Shown here: in pieces, positions 61,145-64,000 of the stretch | How positions within the stretch are numbered: the first letter of the stretch is position 1 | Layout of the letters: each line of letters opens with the position of its first letter | Source of the DNA: Minutocellus sp. GHC0000111 | Taxonomy: Eukaryota | Direction: 5' to 3' | Assembly (NCBI GenBank): GCA_977018835.1 | Contig: OZ361261.1 | Coordinates: 682,001 to 746,000, forward strand | DNA: 64,000 nucleotides | Notes under the pieces: model-generated | Told to the model about the DNA's origin: nothing | What the model saw: the letters and a program-made list of their open reading frames with translations, nothing else | Database searches by the model: none | Translations under genes and position numbers: made by a program

Positions 61145-64000
61145 CGAGGTCGCGGACAGCAGTTTCAGGGACCCGGTTTTCGGGTCTTTGGGCAAAATCT
61201 CATAAAAATCAGCACAAACGCACGCAGCTTGCAGCATTTATTTGCTATCATCCTGTCTTCAAGATGGCGGTGACGGCAGTGCCGACGGCATCCGCTTCAC
61301 GCAAGGGATAAGCGTGGTATCTCCAGAACGGGTTGGTCCTTGACCTTGGACCGACTCGGAGATATCGATTTCATCTTCCCATGCCAGCGTCTGGCCGATT
61401 CACCCCATCCATCGCCCCTCCCGACTTCTGCCAGTTTTTCCGATGACAACCGGTCACCTCCTCCACCTCCCGACCCCACCACCACCTCCCAAATGCATTG
61501 ATTCAAGTAGCCATATGGTTTGAGCTCCGATATCGGTCTCCATGGTCCCCATAATGGCGTATCTTATGCGGTCCGGGTGACCCCGCGCCAAAATCGAGCG
61601 GGCCAAAAAAATCATCACCCGCCCGGCGCGCCCGCCACTCAATGAAACCTTCCTCATTTCCAACCCACCCGACATACAAACTGTTGCTCTACTGCCACAA
61701 AATACTGCATCCAACACCATATTAATGCAAATGGCTGTTACTACTGCTGCCACCGCAGCTGATGCGCCAGCATGTCGCCGCTCCCGTCGGTCCGGCAGCT
61801 CCATCCCATGCTTTGATTATTTTGTCCATCGGAGCGGCACCATCGATGCCTCTGCGATTCGTGGCAAGTCTCCTGGGATGATCCAGACCATAGCGAACCG
61901 AGCATGGGCGGGCCTCTCACTTCAGAAACAGCAGGATGTTATGGAGCAAGCCCGAGAGGAGGAGCTGTGCTGTCCGAGCCAGACCGGTCCTGATCCGGCA
62001 CAAGATGTGCCGATTTCTCAAATTCAAATTGCTCGGCGCAATTCGTCATCCAATAACGCCGATGCCAGCCCTGAGCCGACGGTCGAGGACAATGCTGGTA
62101 TCGCTGCTCGTCCTGGTGATGATAATATCGAAGCTGGGGGCATCGCCGAGTCCATGGTGGTGGATGGAAGCGGCAACAGTGAAGAATCTGGCAATCCTGC
62201 CAGTGTCGGTGTTTCTGCTACCGGCACCGCCAATTCTGGTGGATCGACCGAGGAGAATTTGGATGTGCTGCTGGTTGAGGCCGAAGCGCAATACAAAGCT
62301 GCAGAGGAGGCTTTGAAAGGGCTAAGGGATGCCTTGAAACGAGAAAAGCGGAAGGATGAAAAGGCCATGGCCGATGCCGAGAAGAAAAGGAACAAAATGA
62401 AGGAGGCGATGCGTCATTTGGAGCAGAGGGTGCAAATGCGTGAACATCTTCGGTCGCACAGGATGCCGACGGATGCACCACCCGAACGCAAGAAAGCAAT
62501 GAGAATGGAAGACAACATGCGACCTGCCATCAGCACTGGGGAACATGTCCTTGTGTCTGCCGACTTCAGTCCCAACATGAGTCGGCCTGAGGGCAAGGGA
62601 TTTGTTATGGTCAGTTGAGGTGTCGGTGGAGGTGCTCTTTGCGATGTCCAGCATGAGAAGCCTTTTGGTGGCATGATGCATAAGAATGTGCCTCTCAAGG
62701 CCATCACCCCGATCCCACTCGGCCTCAACACCGATTCAATTGCCAAGGACAGGCGCAAACGGACAGCAGCTGCTCAGGCGGGGATGGATAGTGTTGACAG
62801 CGCCGGTGCCAATAAGCGCAAAGAGCGATGGCAGTCCGATGGAGACTCTTGTCGGAAAGCTTTTGCATGGCATGCGATGCAGGAAGAAGGATGGATATCT
62901 TCGAAAGGAGGCGAATCGAGCAACCAAAGGCAAGAAGGGATTGAAAGACGAGGAGAAGAGCATGCTTTTTGCCCAGGGATTGCTTCTGGAAGTGCATTTG
63001 AAGAGCACCGGAGGGACGCAGCACTCAAGTAGGAACAGTTCATCGCAGAAGTTTCAGTCGGATGGGAGGGTCACTATTCGTGAGCTCTGCAGAGCGTGGG
63101 GGAAGGGTAAGAATGGGCTGCGAGACATCCAGAACGAGTCTCGGAAGAATGCCATTGCCCGGGGCATACCAGCAGATCAGGCCGAGCTTGCATTTGTCAC
63201 CCCCGCTCCCAAGGATTCGTCGGTTCGGCCAAAGTCTACCATTGACAATTACAAGACGGCTGAGCAGTACTTTACTGCTAAGCGCCTGTATGCAATCAAC
63301 AAGTGCAGAGAGGCAAAGGAAGACTGCTATGATTCTGTATCGAAGGAGGCTGACAATGAGTTGCTCAAAACGTACCTGACCGAGTACGACACCATCAGCG
63401 ACGATGACAAGCAGCTGTGGGAGCTGAAGAGGCGGGAGCACTTGGCAAGGCAGCCGTACATACAGAACGACATTGTTGCGGCCCTTTCCAGCAATCCTCA
63501 GCGATCGTTCCGTGGTTTGGAGCAGGACATTGGTCTGTGGTGCTCGCACAAGACGATTGAGCGGTGGCTCAAGTCATTCGACACCTTCACTTTCTACAAG
63601 GAGCGGCTGGTACCGCGCCTGTCGGAGGCTCAAAAAGCTAAGCATCTGGCCTTTGCTCAGCTCGTGCGGAATTTCTGGAACATTCGGGATGAGAACGGCA
63701 ATTTACCGAATGGAAAGAAGCGAGTTCTCCTCGTGCATTACGATGAGAAATGGTTCTGGGGTCTCGTCCTCCGAGCTTTTGCGATGGCTTGCGAGGAAAT
63801 CGGCGTGAAAAAGCGAGATTACGCGGCCTTTCACAGGAGCCACATCAACAAGGTCATGGCCATTGCATTTGTTGCCGCTGTCTTTGACGGTTCTCTTGAG
63901 AATTGGTGTGAGGTTGTAAAACTGCCACTGGTACGAGCTCAAGCTCCTAAAATTGTGGAGCGAGCTCAGTACGAAGCAGTAACACAGCCTGATGGTTCAA
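61145..64000 (+). mobile_element. Mariner-type element, copy 3 (partial); transposase has the shared TGA (62616-62618) plus a 2 bp deletion at ~62818
   Basis: Left TIR after TA at 61143-61144; aagcgcaaag versus aagcgtgcaaag in the other copies. Confidence 0.92.

Larger units (their letters stand above)
60199..64000 (+). repeat. Tandem segmental duplication, copy 3 (truncated by window end)
   Basis: Same junction gttgaaga|cctcacgcaaag at 60199; ORFs recur at offset 25,890. Confidence 0.97.

Noticed and set aside
1..64000. CRISPR arrays, rRNA or tRNA genes
   Set aside because: No repeat-spacer periodicity or recognisable RNA gene motifs seen by eye.

Overview
Eukaryotic, gene-dense DNA with short GT-AG introns and signal-peptide plus 'ASF/AF'-type N-termini, consistent with a diatom or related stramenopile (inference). 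Bases 1-7552 are single-copy: 3' part of a myosin, an SLC35F-like transporter, and the 5' part of a BTB/Skp1-like + cytochrome b5 gene. The rest is a head-to-tail tandem amplification of a ~27 kb, ~12-gene unit: copy 1 7553-34308, copy 2 34309-60198, copy 3 from 60199 to the window end. Both junctions are identical and fuse a 5'-truncated PP1 phosphatase to the 3' part of the cytochrome b5 gene. Each unit carries a 4.96 kb TA-flanked mariner-type element with ~50 bp TIRs. Its ~977-codon DD38D transposase reading frame has a long N-terminus with two HMG-box-like motifs, a coiled coil and a Tudor/SH3-like segment, and it also holds a second convergent ORF. The unit further encodes a PstS-like phosphate-binding protein, an S1-domain protein, an HCF164-like thioredoxin, a GNAT, an SthA-like flavoprotein, a GH16 glucanase, a 2OG-Fe(II) oxygenase and PUS7/TruD. 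The region is decaying: four in-frame premature stops are all TGA, several frameshifts are shared by both copies, and each copy has its own microhomology-bounded deletion (506 bp in copy 1, 1377 bp in copy 2). Domain calls are by eye; no searches were run.
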